NCBI GenBank assembly: GCA_000934665.2
Contig: KZ538864.1
Location: 1-44,933, forward strand
Reading direction: 5' to 3'
Origin: Catajapyx aquilonaris
Lineage: Eukaryota
DNA length: 44,933 bases
The translations under genes were made by a program, and so were the position numbers. Of the stretch, positions 1-11,788 are shown piece by piece. The notes under the pieces were generated by a model that saw only the letters and a program-made list of their open reading frames with translations, searched no databases and was not told the DNA's origin. Within the stretch, counting starts at the first letter, position 1; each line of letters starts with the position of its first letter.

Positions 1-321
1 ACCCTGCGAAAAAAGTACCAAAACTGCAACTGACAATAATTTAGTTGGATGTCTGTTTCTGCCATAACGGAAATTGGCATTGCAACATGTCCGTCAGTGC
101 CATTTTGTTTAAACCTGACACCTAACAACATTATTTGTGTATTATAAAGTTATGAAATTATTAGTTTTTCTGCTCTACGTTTTATATAATTTTTGTGACA
201 TGTCTGGTTTCGCCCGTCAAGTGCCGGATTGTTTTCAACACATTGTTGACAGCAAAATGTATAACAATTCACATCAAAACACGAAAAATATTACATTCCC
301 ATTTCAATTTAATTGTATGTT

Positions 322-718
322 AGGCTCAAACCCCGAAAACAGCCATTGGCCGAAAAAAACGACCATACCTAGGTCTGGTCGTTTCCAAACCAGACAGACC
401 TAAGTGTGGTCGTTTTGAAACAGCCTGACCTAAGTCTGGTCATTTCCAAACCAGCCGGAACTAGGTGTGGTCGTTTTAAAACCGCCACAGCTAGTTCTGG
501 GCGTTCCTGCTTATTAATATGTCTTTGGATATGGAGGTGATGGGGCGATGGATGGTAAATAAGAAGCAACGTCCAGAACTAGCTGTGGCTGTTTCAAAAC
601 GACCAGACCTAGGTCTGGCTGGTTTAAAGCGACCACAACTAGGTCTGGTATTTGAAGGCGACCAAACCAAGGTCTTGTCGTTTTTTTCGTCCTATGGCCG
701 TTTTCGGGGTTTGAGCCT
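322..718. mobile_element. Foldback-type MITE with long terminal inverted arms made of 30-31-bp subrepeats
   Basis: Left end AGGCTCAAACCCCGAAAACAGCCATTGGCCGAAAAAAACGAC is the near-perfect reverse complement of right end GTCGTTTTTTTTCGTCCTATGGCCGTTTTCGGGGTTTGAGCCT. The arms carry tandem ACCTAGGTCTGGTCGTTTYNAAACCAGCCNG-like units around a ~40-bp spacer. Superfamily not determined. Confidence 0.85.
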
Positions 719-1890
719 CACATATACACCACTTTCTTGTAGTTTTGTTATCACAACTGATTCAAAAAAAAGGTGCATCGGATCATTAACAAACCAAGCT
801 CGTGGCAAGCAACATCCGCCATTATCCCAGAACAAAACACTACCTTGATACCATTCGACTCAATCATTATTCCGCGTTTCCCCAGCTCCCCTTACAGTAT
901 ATCGAACTGTATTACTTGGCCTCATTTGGCCTCCTGATATAAACAGAAGGCCAGGCGGATAATGGAGGTGTCGCAGAAAATCCTCCACAATCAGCGAGCA
1001 AAAATATTTGCGTCTGAACTCATCAAGAGAAGGTGAGCCCGAACATGGTACGACTTCTCATTGTGCCTTCCTTCCTCATCGATAAAGGTCACAGCGATCC
1101 TGCTAATGGGCCGGCAAGCAAGCAGGCAGTCCACCACAGCTCCCTCTCACCCCACCCCCTCCACCAATCCTCATTTCCACCCATCACCTCCAGGCCACCC
1201 CCTCTCTCTCTCTCTCTCCTCTTTCTTTCTTTTCCGTTTCCTCTGGTACTCTCCACAGACCGAGGGAGGGAAACAAATTAAAAAGTTCTGGGCGAAACTC
1301 ATCAATTACCCGGGTCTCAGGCCCCAGCACACTCGGGGATTAAATGGGGACTTTGCATGGAGGGATTTAGTTGGGCGAGCGCTGCTAACTCGCAGCCCAA
1401 CATGGACTTTGCACGTCCCGCTCCATCTACTCTCTGCCCAAGCACCATGATAACTAAACCACCTTCCCCCTTGGGCTTTCGGCCCAAGAAGTCTGGCCTA
1501 GGTACAAGCCAGAACCACCAAGCACAACTTAACACTACTGCGCAAAACTCTTCATTGCGTCCGTATCATTATTGGACGAGTAGGTCAAGGCGTGGGTAAG
1601 GAGCTCAAGTTGTGGAGTGGTTAGCTGCAGTTTAACGTTATGGGGTTTATGGTCCTTAGTGGCTCTCACTTGATTATTCAGCAATGAGTTATGAGCATAG
1701 TACTCAGGATGGTATGACAAGTGCACCCTTGATTAAGCTATGAGGTTTGGACACCTCTGTATCCTCTAGATGAAGTTAATGAGGAGCTGGCAGTTTTCCC
1801 CAGAGATGGCGGGATCCGGAGGGTGTCAGGTGCTGGTGGACGACCGTGGACCATGGGAGGCTTCGAGTTGTATAATCAGTCGTGAGAGAG

Positions 1891-2090
1891 CCGGAGACGA
1901 GGTTAGTCTAGTAAATAGGTTGTTGGCACGACCACGACCTATGCAGGCAGACCGTACAGTCCCAGGTTCGAGCCCCGGATAGGACGAAGGATATGTAAAG
2001 ATGGAAGTCGGTATTATTTTCTTGGATTCTCCAAAAATCTTTCTCATCAGCCCAGGCAACATGGCTTTCGTTGCCTGGGATTCACAAACA
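1891..2090 (+). mobile_element. Degenerate tRNA-derived SINE-like element
   Basis: B-box-like GGTTCGAGCCC (1965-1975) in T-arm context GTCCCAGGTTCGAGCCCCGG; weak A-box-like TAGTCTAGTAAATAGG (1904-1919); downstream 10-bp hairpin (2051-2079). No cloverleaf. Confidence 0.45.
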
Positions 2091-5000
2091 AGCCCAACCA
2101 ACTGGATGCATATATTGCATAATTGTTATGTGTTGCTTGAATTGGCTTAATATTCAGTATTCAAATTAATTGAGTACATTTATTTAGGTGGCGTTATTAC
2201 GCTTAATTTGATACAGTTAATTATAGTATAATAAACTACTTAATTATGCAGTGTTGCAATAAAGGCGTATTAAATGGGGAAGTGGCCTAATCATAATATA
2301 TTAATGTTGTTCAAGGGCAATTTTGAAATAATAATATTCAGATTAAATAGGTAACAATGTTCCTGTACCATTATTTGTTCTCTAGGTTCATGTGAAGGTT
2401 AAAATCACCTCGTATCAACTCGTTACAACTGAGTTGTCGAAGCCTCGCTTTTGCCATTCCAGGGAGAATTAAATGAGGCGGAGCCCACATATTTTCCTGT
2501 ACATCGTCAGCAGGTGGAGAGAACATGATATAGAGAGTGGTGCACAATGATTTACACAAACGGCTATAGGATAAACTCATGGGCCCCATTGAATCCCCTT
2601 ATGAGTGACATCTGATGTATGTATCCTTGTGACTGAGATCTTCAAACAAAGCGTATGAAATATCTCGGCGTCCTCAGAACACCTTGTATTTTTCATTTAA
2701 AGTTTAGGTGTACACAATATTAAATGTTAACTGCTATCAACAGGAAATCCTCGAGTCTATGGAAGTATGATGTATTAATTAACTTAATTTAAATTATGTT
2801 TTCAATTATGTTGCTATTTTAACCATTTTTTCTCAGCTTTCTTCGGAATTCTCATATAGAGTAGATCTGGCGATAAATTGTGACGCAATGAAATTAAAAT
2901 TCCCAATAAAAACTACAGCCTATTTATTTTAAATCTCCAGTCGAGAGTTGGATTGAATGCGGCTTGTGAGAATCAAAGACAGCAGTGACGCTCCGGTATA
3001 AGAGTGACACTGACACACCTAAGCTTGTGTGCCATGAATGTATTCGTGTCACAGCAGTGTGAATTTGGACATGTGCCTGGCATACACAAGCCTGCAGAAC
3101 GACGCGGCTATGCGGGGGACAGTTGATGGCATCGTCGTTGGAGGATTCTGGCGCCATGGTTACGCTAGGCACTGATATGGACACCAGCTGATGTAACACG
3201 AGTTTGCAGCCTAGGAGATCCCAATTTTCCAGTTCACCATTAGCCGTTTAGCGTAAACTTTATTCTGCATACAAAAATCATGTCTCAATCTGGAAATGAA
3301 AGTAAAGATTATAGGCGAAGCTCTGAATATTTCCGTTTTATTCAAATAGGCCCACTATGCTAGACTACAAGCATGCTTACATTACAGACTGTACAAGCTC
3401 AATTTACGGTCTTGAGCCAATAATTCAGTTTTTGAGTTCTGTCTTCTACATTGATCATCTTTCTACTCTCGTCCATAATATGCATATGCAATACTGCCTT
3501 ATTGAAAGTCTCACTAGTCAGCGAACCTTATTAGAAAGCGGTGATTTTCAACATTGCAAGATTAATACAGTGCTTCTTACACGCTAGCTCTGTTGACTTT
3601 AGCCTCGGGATGTGAACCCGACGAAGTTTCCACTCAACTTGAAAAGTTCGGCGGTGCGAATAGTCTCAGCAGCGTATAATAAGGTGCACGTGCACAGTTT
3701 GAAACCGAATTGTGACCCCGAAATGGAAAGGGGTCGGGACGATAATCGACTTCCTCCTCTCTAAGATGGTAGGAAATGAAATGCAGCCTCTAGGGTGTCC
3801 CAACATGTGCCTGTTACAAACCCCGTAGAAAAAAAAAGCCAGCAATCGTGATAAAAGACACCGTGCCCCGAGACAAACACATCCCGAGCCCATTCATCTC
3901 CATGATTCCGGAAAGAAAGGAGAGGCAAAAAAGAGAAGGAGGAGGGGGGAAGAGGAGGAGGAGAAGGAGTAAAAAAAAACGCTAGAAGGGGGAAAAATGG
4001 GCGAGGGAAAGATGTGTCCCAATCCTCCTCCTTCTCCTCTTTTCCTCTTCCTCTTCTCCCCGAGAAACACATCAAAAATCGCTGAAGTCGGAGGGAAGAT
4101 TGGCCTCCATCTCGCGCCCATTTCTTCCCCGTCACTGACAAATCTCGTCCAAATCACCCCGCTCACTTTTCAACTTCAACATTCCCTAGGCATCCCCCTC
4201 GCATCCGTTGCATCGGCCTTCCCAACGCCTGTCTGACCGCCATCTTGCACACCTAAGCACAAGCCAACCCATTCGGGGAACCCCCCTCAACTCCCACCCC
4301 CTACCCTTCTTTCATATGCGCGCCATCTTTCGCTTCTTTCCTTCAACTGCATTGATGTTAGCTAGACCATTTTTTTTGCAGTAAGGGTTCTGCAGCAATT
4401 GCTCTGATTAAATGTTGCGATGTTTCTAGATACGAAGAGAGGCCAATTTTTTTTATTTTTGTAGAAAAATAATAATAATTTTCGTGGGTTTCTGACCTCT
4501 TTCGTGGGTTATGCTGTGCCGGTGCAATAATTTCTGCATGTGACAGTAGGACGAAAAGCTGAGAGCATAATGTCGCACAGGCCGTTGTTTTGAAGAGCCT
4601 TACAGAGAAGTACTGTTTGCACGCTTGTCGAGTTCCTACTTGAACTAGAATAATGCTTCAAATGCCGGAAGGAGCATTTTTGCTGCTAGTTTATGCCAAG
4701 CTAGCTTCTGGTGCTGCGATGAAAGTGAGGAAAAATCAATTTATTTCCTAAATATTAACGTACAGTGTACCACTGCTTTCGAGCAAGCCTTATTTGCAAA
4801 CAGCTCTAAGGTGTACTCGTACTTCAGCTGTTACTTCCTGTAAACAATACAATGCATATTCTAAGATAAGTTAGAGGTAGGCTAGCAGTGCCAGCTAACA
4901 TTTTGAGCATGGTTTCATTGCTGCTAAATAAAGGGTGAACAGAACTTCCACTAACAAACTTACTGAAGCATACCACTATTTTTAAAGGAGCCATATGATA

Positions 5001-5733
5001 TCACCCTTATTATAATTGTTAGCTTAGCAATGACAACAATGGCGAAATATTTGGAACCTTTCAAAAGCAGTGTATAATTCACATGACATTAGAAAACCTT
5101 TTGTATACTCTCCTACTCCTGTCATGTCCTGGCTCATAAGTCGACATCCTGTTCAAAAACTGCGTAATAGAGTGTTTTTGGTGTCATTAAAGCTCCTGTT
5201 TTGTAACAATTTTTCCTCTCAAGACACTTGAATCCAAATTACGATATATATAAAATCATCATGAACCCTCCTTAATTGAGTGCTATTAGCATATAATTTT
5301 CAATTAAATATCACCTAATTGAGTAGTACCACCTGCAATATTGCATCACCATGCTCAACATTTCGACATTGCAACAGAAGGCAAGTGTTCACAAATATGA
5401 AATATAACATGACATACACAAATATGCACCATGTAAGCCCTAAACAACCACAATCTACTGCATGTTGCACAAGTCTGTAAACCAACACGCTTCTCTCCAG
5501 GCACTCCAGCTTATTATTGCAGATTCCCACCTTGCTTTTCTGACATACAGGCCGCCATACGTAGGTGTACTGCTTCCTGCCTCACAATCGAGAATAAGCT
5601 CGCCCAGCTTCTCGGTATGCAGACTCGTGCAGATTACCAGCTTGACACCACATATACGCATGTACTGCTTTACACGTCAAAAAAGTTTCTCATAAACGTA
5701 TGCTGGTTCTTTAAAATCATCAGTGTGATAGTA

Positions 5734-5871
5734 CTATCGGTCTCAATTAGTTTCGGCCACTTTATCCTAGTGTTGAAGCAACCCTTCGCACAGACCCCAC
5801 GGTGAGGAGGTGTGTGTGAAGGATTGCTTCAAGGCCTGGATAAAGTGGCCGAAACTAATTGAGACCGATAG
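5734..5871. mobile_element. Tc1/mariner-type MITE (138 bp, almost fully palindromic)
   Basis: TA|CTATCGGTCTCAATTAGTTTCGGCCACTTTATCC ... GGATAAAGTGGCCGAAACTAATTGAGACCGATAG|TA. Perfect 34-bp TIRs, further imperfect pairing inside, TA on both flanks. Confidence 0.9.
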
Positions 5872-7014
5872 TACATTGTCATTTTTGTCCCCTAAATATC
5901 ACCTTGCTATAGTTCCACTGATGGTTTGGGAAGTCAGCTCATTGGTTGTTCCTATGAAATACCTTACTAAAAGAATGTTAACTGGGCCATAACAGATTTA
6001 ATCAGGCTGAAAGGTTTATCCTGGTAGTTAGATAACCCTGCGGGCAAAAGAGGCACATTGGTTGCCCTGAATACCAAGGATAAAAGTTTATGTAGGCGAT
6101 GCGATGGGATCGAAAAGCCTTAAAAAGTGATTGAATACACAAGAGGCAGCACACTGCATAACAATAATTATTGTTACATATCGCGAATAATTATCTTGCT
6201 ATGCAATCAGATCCAGCTGGAGGCAGTCATTGCATGGGGTTACTAGTGCTAAAATCGGGTAGATACACATTCGGTAAGGCATGTGAACTCCTAATTTGCA
6301 AATAACTCTGCTTCTAATTTTTAAACTCGATAACAAGCAAAAAATACTCGACTCCTTTGCATCCGCTTAGTCGATCCTTGGAAATGACGTCAGATAATCG
6401 AGATACTACTGCCCTTCCTAACTCCCCCCAAACTTTGGGAGACCCAACTACTGTAGGAGACCTTCCAAAAAAAACCAAAAAAAAAAAAAAAACGGAAAGA
6501 AGCTGAAGCAAAAATTCGTTCCCTCTCTTTCTCCTTTCTTTTCTCCCTCTCTTGCGCCCGGTTTGATTGGTCCTCGGACCATAAACCCAGCCACCCCACC
6601 TCAACCTATACCAATGACACAAACTAATCCGAAACGATCCGTCGATAAAACACGGCCAGGAATTTATCGGGCCCCGCTGGTATAAATTCCCGATATTACA
6701 ACGCTTTAATGCCCCCTTTGACTACGTCTCCTCTTGCTGGCGACTTCCAACTTCCGGAAAGTACATTCCCGGACAGCATTACTCACATTCATTCTAAACC
6801 CTCAAATGACTTTTGGACTCTGTGGAGTGAAACTACCATTGTAGCCTACTTTCTGTGTCAAGATTGGAGAAATGGTGCAGATGACTGCAAACTGCACAGA
6901 TTAGACAATGATTATTGTGCCCCATGCAGGTAGGTAGGTTGCAATAAACTTTTGATATATTTTAGCCATTAAGACTGGGTCAACAATTCTGGAGATTATG
7001 ATTTTTTTACAGAG

Positions 7015-7017
<3 letters not shown>

Positions 7018-7045
<28 letters not shown>
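7018..7045. repeat. (CT)n microsatellite
   Basis: Direct reading of sequence. Confidence 0.95.
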
Positions 7046-7631
7046 CAGGCTCGTTTCATGAAAGAAAGTTTACAGCTTCATTCCAAATTCCAAGTACCCC
7101 TCGTTAAAATTAATTTTAGTTGTGAGAAATGAGTCATCACGAAAGTGTATAGTGTCGCGACATCCTACTGATCAGGAGTGTACGTCTACCGGAGCCGTAT
7201 ATATATGGAGGCTGCTAGGATGGTTGGGTGGTTGGGGAGGAAAAGGAGGGGGGTGGTAAGGGGGGAGGCTGTGAAAGTTTGGGAATTGGGAAGTGGTGTG
7301 AAGGGGTAGAAGGGGAAGCGAGGGTTAGTGGAGAAAGAAACCAAGAGGGTGAATGTAAATAGCGTACTGTACCTTTCAAGCGGGTTGTAAAAACGCGAGG
7401 CACACTTTGGTCAATTTACCGGCCGTCGCCAGAGAGCCCTAAATTTCCCTCAATGTCAACTGGCACTCCCGAAGGACATTTTACGTCGGCGACGTGTCAC
7501 GCTTCTGGCCAATTTTGACCTAGCTTTGCAGGAGCAGAGGGGGTGGAACGGGCTGCATGTGACGTCAACATTGCTATACAGTTTCATCGCCCTAAAACAC
7601 ACTGTAATAAAATGAAAAATATTCAAATCAA

Positions 7632-7632
<1 letters not shown>

Positions 7633-7714
<82 letters not shown>
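7633..7714. repeat. (ATT)27 microsatellite
   Basis: Perfect trinucleotide run; explains the poly-Ile ORF 7543-7767. Confidence 0.97.
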
Positions 7715-8303
7715 GTTACGTAGTTATCTGCGACTCTGGTGGTCTGTTAGATAGGATCCTCCAATAAGGCAGACTTGCAGGCGCGTCCAAACCGGATGGA
7801 ACCCAGACCGCATATCCTGCAAAGTCAACTCCGATGATTACGATAGTCTTGCTCGGGGGAGTCGATATGTAGACCTATTACATGGGAGCCTACTAGAATA
7901 AGTACGGGTGCCAAAATTCGAGCGCTTTCCGGATCATAAAATATGTCCCGTCGTCTTCCACCCCCCTTTGTGACATACGACACATTTCCTGTCCCAAAAC
8001 CCTAGTCTTTTTCCCTCTGCACGAGCTGTCGAAAGACTAACTTCCCCTCTCCCCTCCCTTCCCCCCTTTTCCCCTTCCCTCCTTCCTTCTACCCTCCCCT
8101 GCCACCTATCCAGCCCCTTCCTATCCCAACACCATTTTCCAGAGCAAAAGTCCAGGTCATCTTCTCACCCCCCCCCCTCCCCTTTTCTCCCCCCCTCTAC
8201 CCGACGCGCCACGTGTAATTTTCGCGAAAAGGTTTGCCTCAATTTTTCACCGCCAAGCCCCTGAGACAACCTTCAACTGCATCTCGACCATTAATCACTC
8301 CCC

Positions 8304-8362
8304 NNNNNNNNNNNNNNNNNNNNNNNNNNNNNNNNNNNNNNNNNNNNNNNNNNNNNNNNNNN
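8304..8362. other. Assembly gap (N) inside a poly-C tract
   Basis: N run flanked by C runs. Confidence 0.99.
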
Positions 8363-10310
8363 CCCCCTCCCCCCCCCCCCCTTCCTCCTCCTTCCCCTAC
8401 TTGGCCAGACCCCACCCGCCAGCCATCTCATCCTCTTCAAACACGCCGAGAAGAAACGTCCGTCTCGTTTTTCATATGTTTTTACAACTCCGTCTTTTTG
8501 ACGACCAAAGGCGGGTACCTACACTGTGGTAGTTGATGGGGTGAGTGGTGAGGTTTTTAGTAGTCGTATTCATCGTAACATATGCGTAACCTTCGCTGGA
8601 AAAATGGTATGACAAAAGGCAATACGTCATGGTGCGATAGTGTTGGCAAGATAGTCCCATTACTCCTAGCTACACTACTTCTTCATGCCATCTCGCGTGC
8701 TCCGTACATGCGCTCTCTATGTTCGAATAGATGTAATCAGTGCCCCGTCTGCAGCAGCACACACATTCCGCTTTTCAAATTGCACGTTTTTTCGGAGTCG
8801 TAAAGTAGCACGAACTGGTTTGTAATGACGTCATTCCAGGTAGGTGCTCCGTGTGATAAGGTGTGTCACAACATTCAAATACGGCGGACTTCTTCGCGAA
8901 ATGTCGAACTATAAATCCCTGATGATATTCCTCCTGGTGTATCATCATTTTCATTTTTTTTTACCCCTTGCTACTTGTGCTACTTGTGCTTTTCGCAAAT
9001 TGGCGATAACAAGCAGTGGCGTGCCATAAAGTATGTAGCAATTACTAATCAGCTACATGTGTGAGCGCAGTTGACTTGGCCAGGACGGATGAATATTCAA
9101 ATGGACGATGAGCTATTCATGTGGCATGCTGTTACGGCTCAAAGCATGCAGACTGTTTTGAAACAAATATTCGTGACTACTAGGGAGTTTTTTTTTTGCG
9201 ATAAGTCAATTATTCCTTGCGCGTACTTCATGAGTCATGACACACCTTTCAAACAAGTCCTGCTTGCATGCGGGTTCTATCCAGATAAGAACTCCATTAT
9301 TGAACTGGGTTCATACAAGTTGTGGCTTACTAGCTCCATGTAAACCCACACATGGCATATGTATTAGCGTGCCAATTACACGACTGGGATTGATGTCAAA
9401 TGAGACAAATTGCTTCTAATTGCGGCCGACGTGACGACTTCTCCCCCTTTCCCCCCCATCCTTCTCTTCCCTTCCTCCCCGCCCTCTGGCAGTACAAAAC
9501 AACAGTGCTGCTGGAATTGAAGCTGAGGTTAGAACCCCCCCGATTTTTCATGCGCCGGCGTGCACTTGAAGCCATGCTGGGGGAAGGAGAAGGGGGTAGG
9601 AATGAATCCCTTTGAAAAGGTGCGGCAACCCGCAAACTGGCTTCCGGGAGCAATAATCTGCAACCCCTAAAGTCGCTGTGGCTGCCTGCTTTCCTTGCCA
9701 AACTTCCCCTCCGCAAAGCCCCAAAACACTACTTTTCCCTCCTATCCGCTTGCATTTCAACCAAACCTCAAGCCTCTAGCTTTAGCCGCAAGATATTATA
9801 ACTATTATTAGCTTTATTAGCATGCCTTTCTCATACGTTACAGTTGGCAACAGGGTCGACAGATGCGCCTCTAGGGAGTTCAAAAAATTCTATTATTCTT
9901 GCTGAGGATGTAGGTTTTTTTGGGGGGTTCATAGAGTTAGAGAGAGTGTGAGTATGTTGAGAGTTGAAAATGCGAGCGTGTGGTGTGAATATTAGCATAT
10001 TTTTGGGACGTGTGTGTGTGGCGGGTAGAGGGTGTTGGTGTGGGGGGGAATTTACTGCAACTTTGCATATGCCATCACTTGAGCTGTAGCTTGCTGTTGA
10101 GTCACGTGTCTAACAAAGTTATAGTAGTTATTTCAACAAAAAGTTTTAGTTACGTTGCACCGGGCCATTGTGGTTTTTTTTTAAATCAAAACATGTGTTG
10201 GAAGAACTTTCATATCGGCTGACCGAATTTGGCAGTACCAACCTACCCCATGATCTAACTTTCCTTCTGGGCGGATACACACATATCTTCAGCGGATACA
10301 CGCATACATT

Positions 10311-10700
10311 CACACTTCCCTGCGGCCTATTAGGTGTGGGGACGTGAAAAAGACAACCTTTCAAAGCTAGTGTAACCTAACCTAACATAACCTAACCTAA
10401 CATAACCTAACCTAACCTAACCTAACCTAACCTACCCTACCCTACCCTACCCTACCCTACCCTACCCTACCTAACCTACCCTACCCTACGTAACCTAAGC
10501 TGAGAAAAATGGACTTTTCTAAAACCCTGCAACTGGAAATAGTAGGCACTTGTCCCCACTACTGCAAAAGCAAGCCCCCAATTTTCTTGTGGGGACCGTA
10601 AACGTCCCTGCAAGTGGGGAAAATGTCCCCACAGATGAGTGGAAGTCCCCACAGTTACAGTAAAAACAACTACTTCCGGTCCCACAGCTAATTGAAGACA
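10311..10700 (+). mobile_element. Non-autonomous element family B carrying (TAACC)n/(TACCC)n and GTGGGGAC/GTCCCCAC inverted motifs
   Basis: A reverse-complement copy at 21112-21606 shares several blocks (CCCACAGCTAATTGAAGACA, CCCCACAGTTACAGTAAAA, AAATGGACTTTT, AACCCTGCAA, GGTGTGGGGA). Superfamily not determined; boundaries approximate. Confidence 0.8.
10373..10498. repeat. Compound pentanucleotide repeat (TAACC)n then (TACCC)n inside element B
   Basis: Direct reading; the unit switches from TAACC to TACCC near 10432. Confidence 0.95.
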
Positions 10701-11461
10701 GGTACAGCGGATACACCCCAACATTCAGCGGATGCACCCTTACATTCAGCGGATACACGCCTAGGGAAGTAGGTAAAAGTGCGGCGTCTACCGAATTGAA
10801 AGCGTAGCCCATGTTTTACCACTAAATCCACAGATGGCGCTGGAATAAATACGTGCTTTGTAGGGTGTGTTTAGTTCCTTAACCGAATCTATCAATAGGA
10901 CGTGATTGTGCTGAACCAAATGGCACGAAAAGGGGGGTACCGGCTACTACTCGGAGTAGCGTACGCACGGTTGGCCGTATACACCTACGTACGAACCTAA
11001 AATAGGCCAAAGAAAAGTTAGATGCGAATCGATGTGAGTGCAATCAATGGGCCGGTGTCGTGACCGGACTAAAGACTTGTCGGGCCGCTCTGACCAGCTG
11101 CGAATTAAAACGCACCCCACCCAAAGGGCCTTATCTGGAAACATCAAGTTGCGCTTCTCATTACCAAGTAGACACCTTAAATGTGCACCTGAACGGAAAC
11201 GGGGGTGGATCCCGTCACGGTGTTAATTACCCATTGGAAAAGGGCCGCGTAATTGGACTAATCCGCCCCCTTTTCGGGGGAGACCACCCCACACCCATCC
11301 CACCCAACCCACCCACCCCCACCCAACCCAAACCGAATCCCTCCTTTCAATCGTGTGTATAGCTCAGCTGCCAATCATGTACCTGCTGCGCTCTACTCCA
11401 TGCAACCAGAAGCCGCTAATGATGGGCTCTTTTCTCCCCCACTCCCTACCTCCCCCCCCCC

Positions 11462-11788
11462 NNNNNNNNNNNNNNNNNNNNNNNNNNNNNNNNNNNNNNN
11501 NNNNNNNNNNNNNNNNNNNNNNNNNNNNNNNNNNNNNNNNNNNNNNNNNNNNNNNNNNNNNNNNNNNNNNNNNNNNNNNNNNNNNNNNNNNNNNNNNNNN
11601 NNNNNNNNNNNNNNNNNNNNNNNNNNNNNNNNNNNNNNNNNNNNNNNNNNNNNNNNNNNNNNNNNNNNNNNNNNNNNNNNNNNNNNNNNNNNNNNNNNNN
11701 NNNNNNNNNNNNNNNNNNNNNNNNNNNNNNNNNNNNNNNNNNNNNNNNNNNNNNNNNNNNNNNNNNNNNNNNNNNNNNNNNNNNNNNN
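11462..11788. other. Assembly gap (N) between poly-C and poly-G
   Basis: N run; explains the X-rich ORFs here. Confidence 0.99.

Larger units (their letters stand above)
10200..10810 (+). mobile_element. Non-autonomous element family A with subterminal inverted repeats and 21-bp CAGCGGATACAC subrepeats, interrupted by element B
   Basis: Both flanking parts (GGAAGAACTTTCATATCGGCTGACCGAATTTGGCAG...; ...CAGCGGATACACGCCTAGGGAAGTAGGTAAAAGTGCGGCGTCTACCGAATTGAAAGCGTAGCC) align colinearly with the uninterrupted copy at 29207-29364. Confidence 0.75.

Noticed and set aside
360..680. 30-31-bp repeats as a CRISPR-like array
   Set aside because: Units abut with no unique spacers, are diverged, and are mirrored in two inverted arms; the context is eukaryotic and no cas-like ORF is present
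3023..3091. Pre-miRNA-like hairpin GCTTGTGT...ACACAAGC
   Set aside because: Only the outer 8-12 bp pair; the interior has large bulges and no known mature miRNA was recognised
6863..6929. Possible small exon ending CAG|GTAGGT
   Set aside because: Weak acceptor, unrecognised peptide, and no partner exons identifiable
10373..10498. True telomere or chromosome fusion scar
   Set aside because: Short, embedded in a dispersed element present twice in the window, and no head-to-head arrangement
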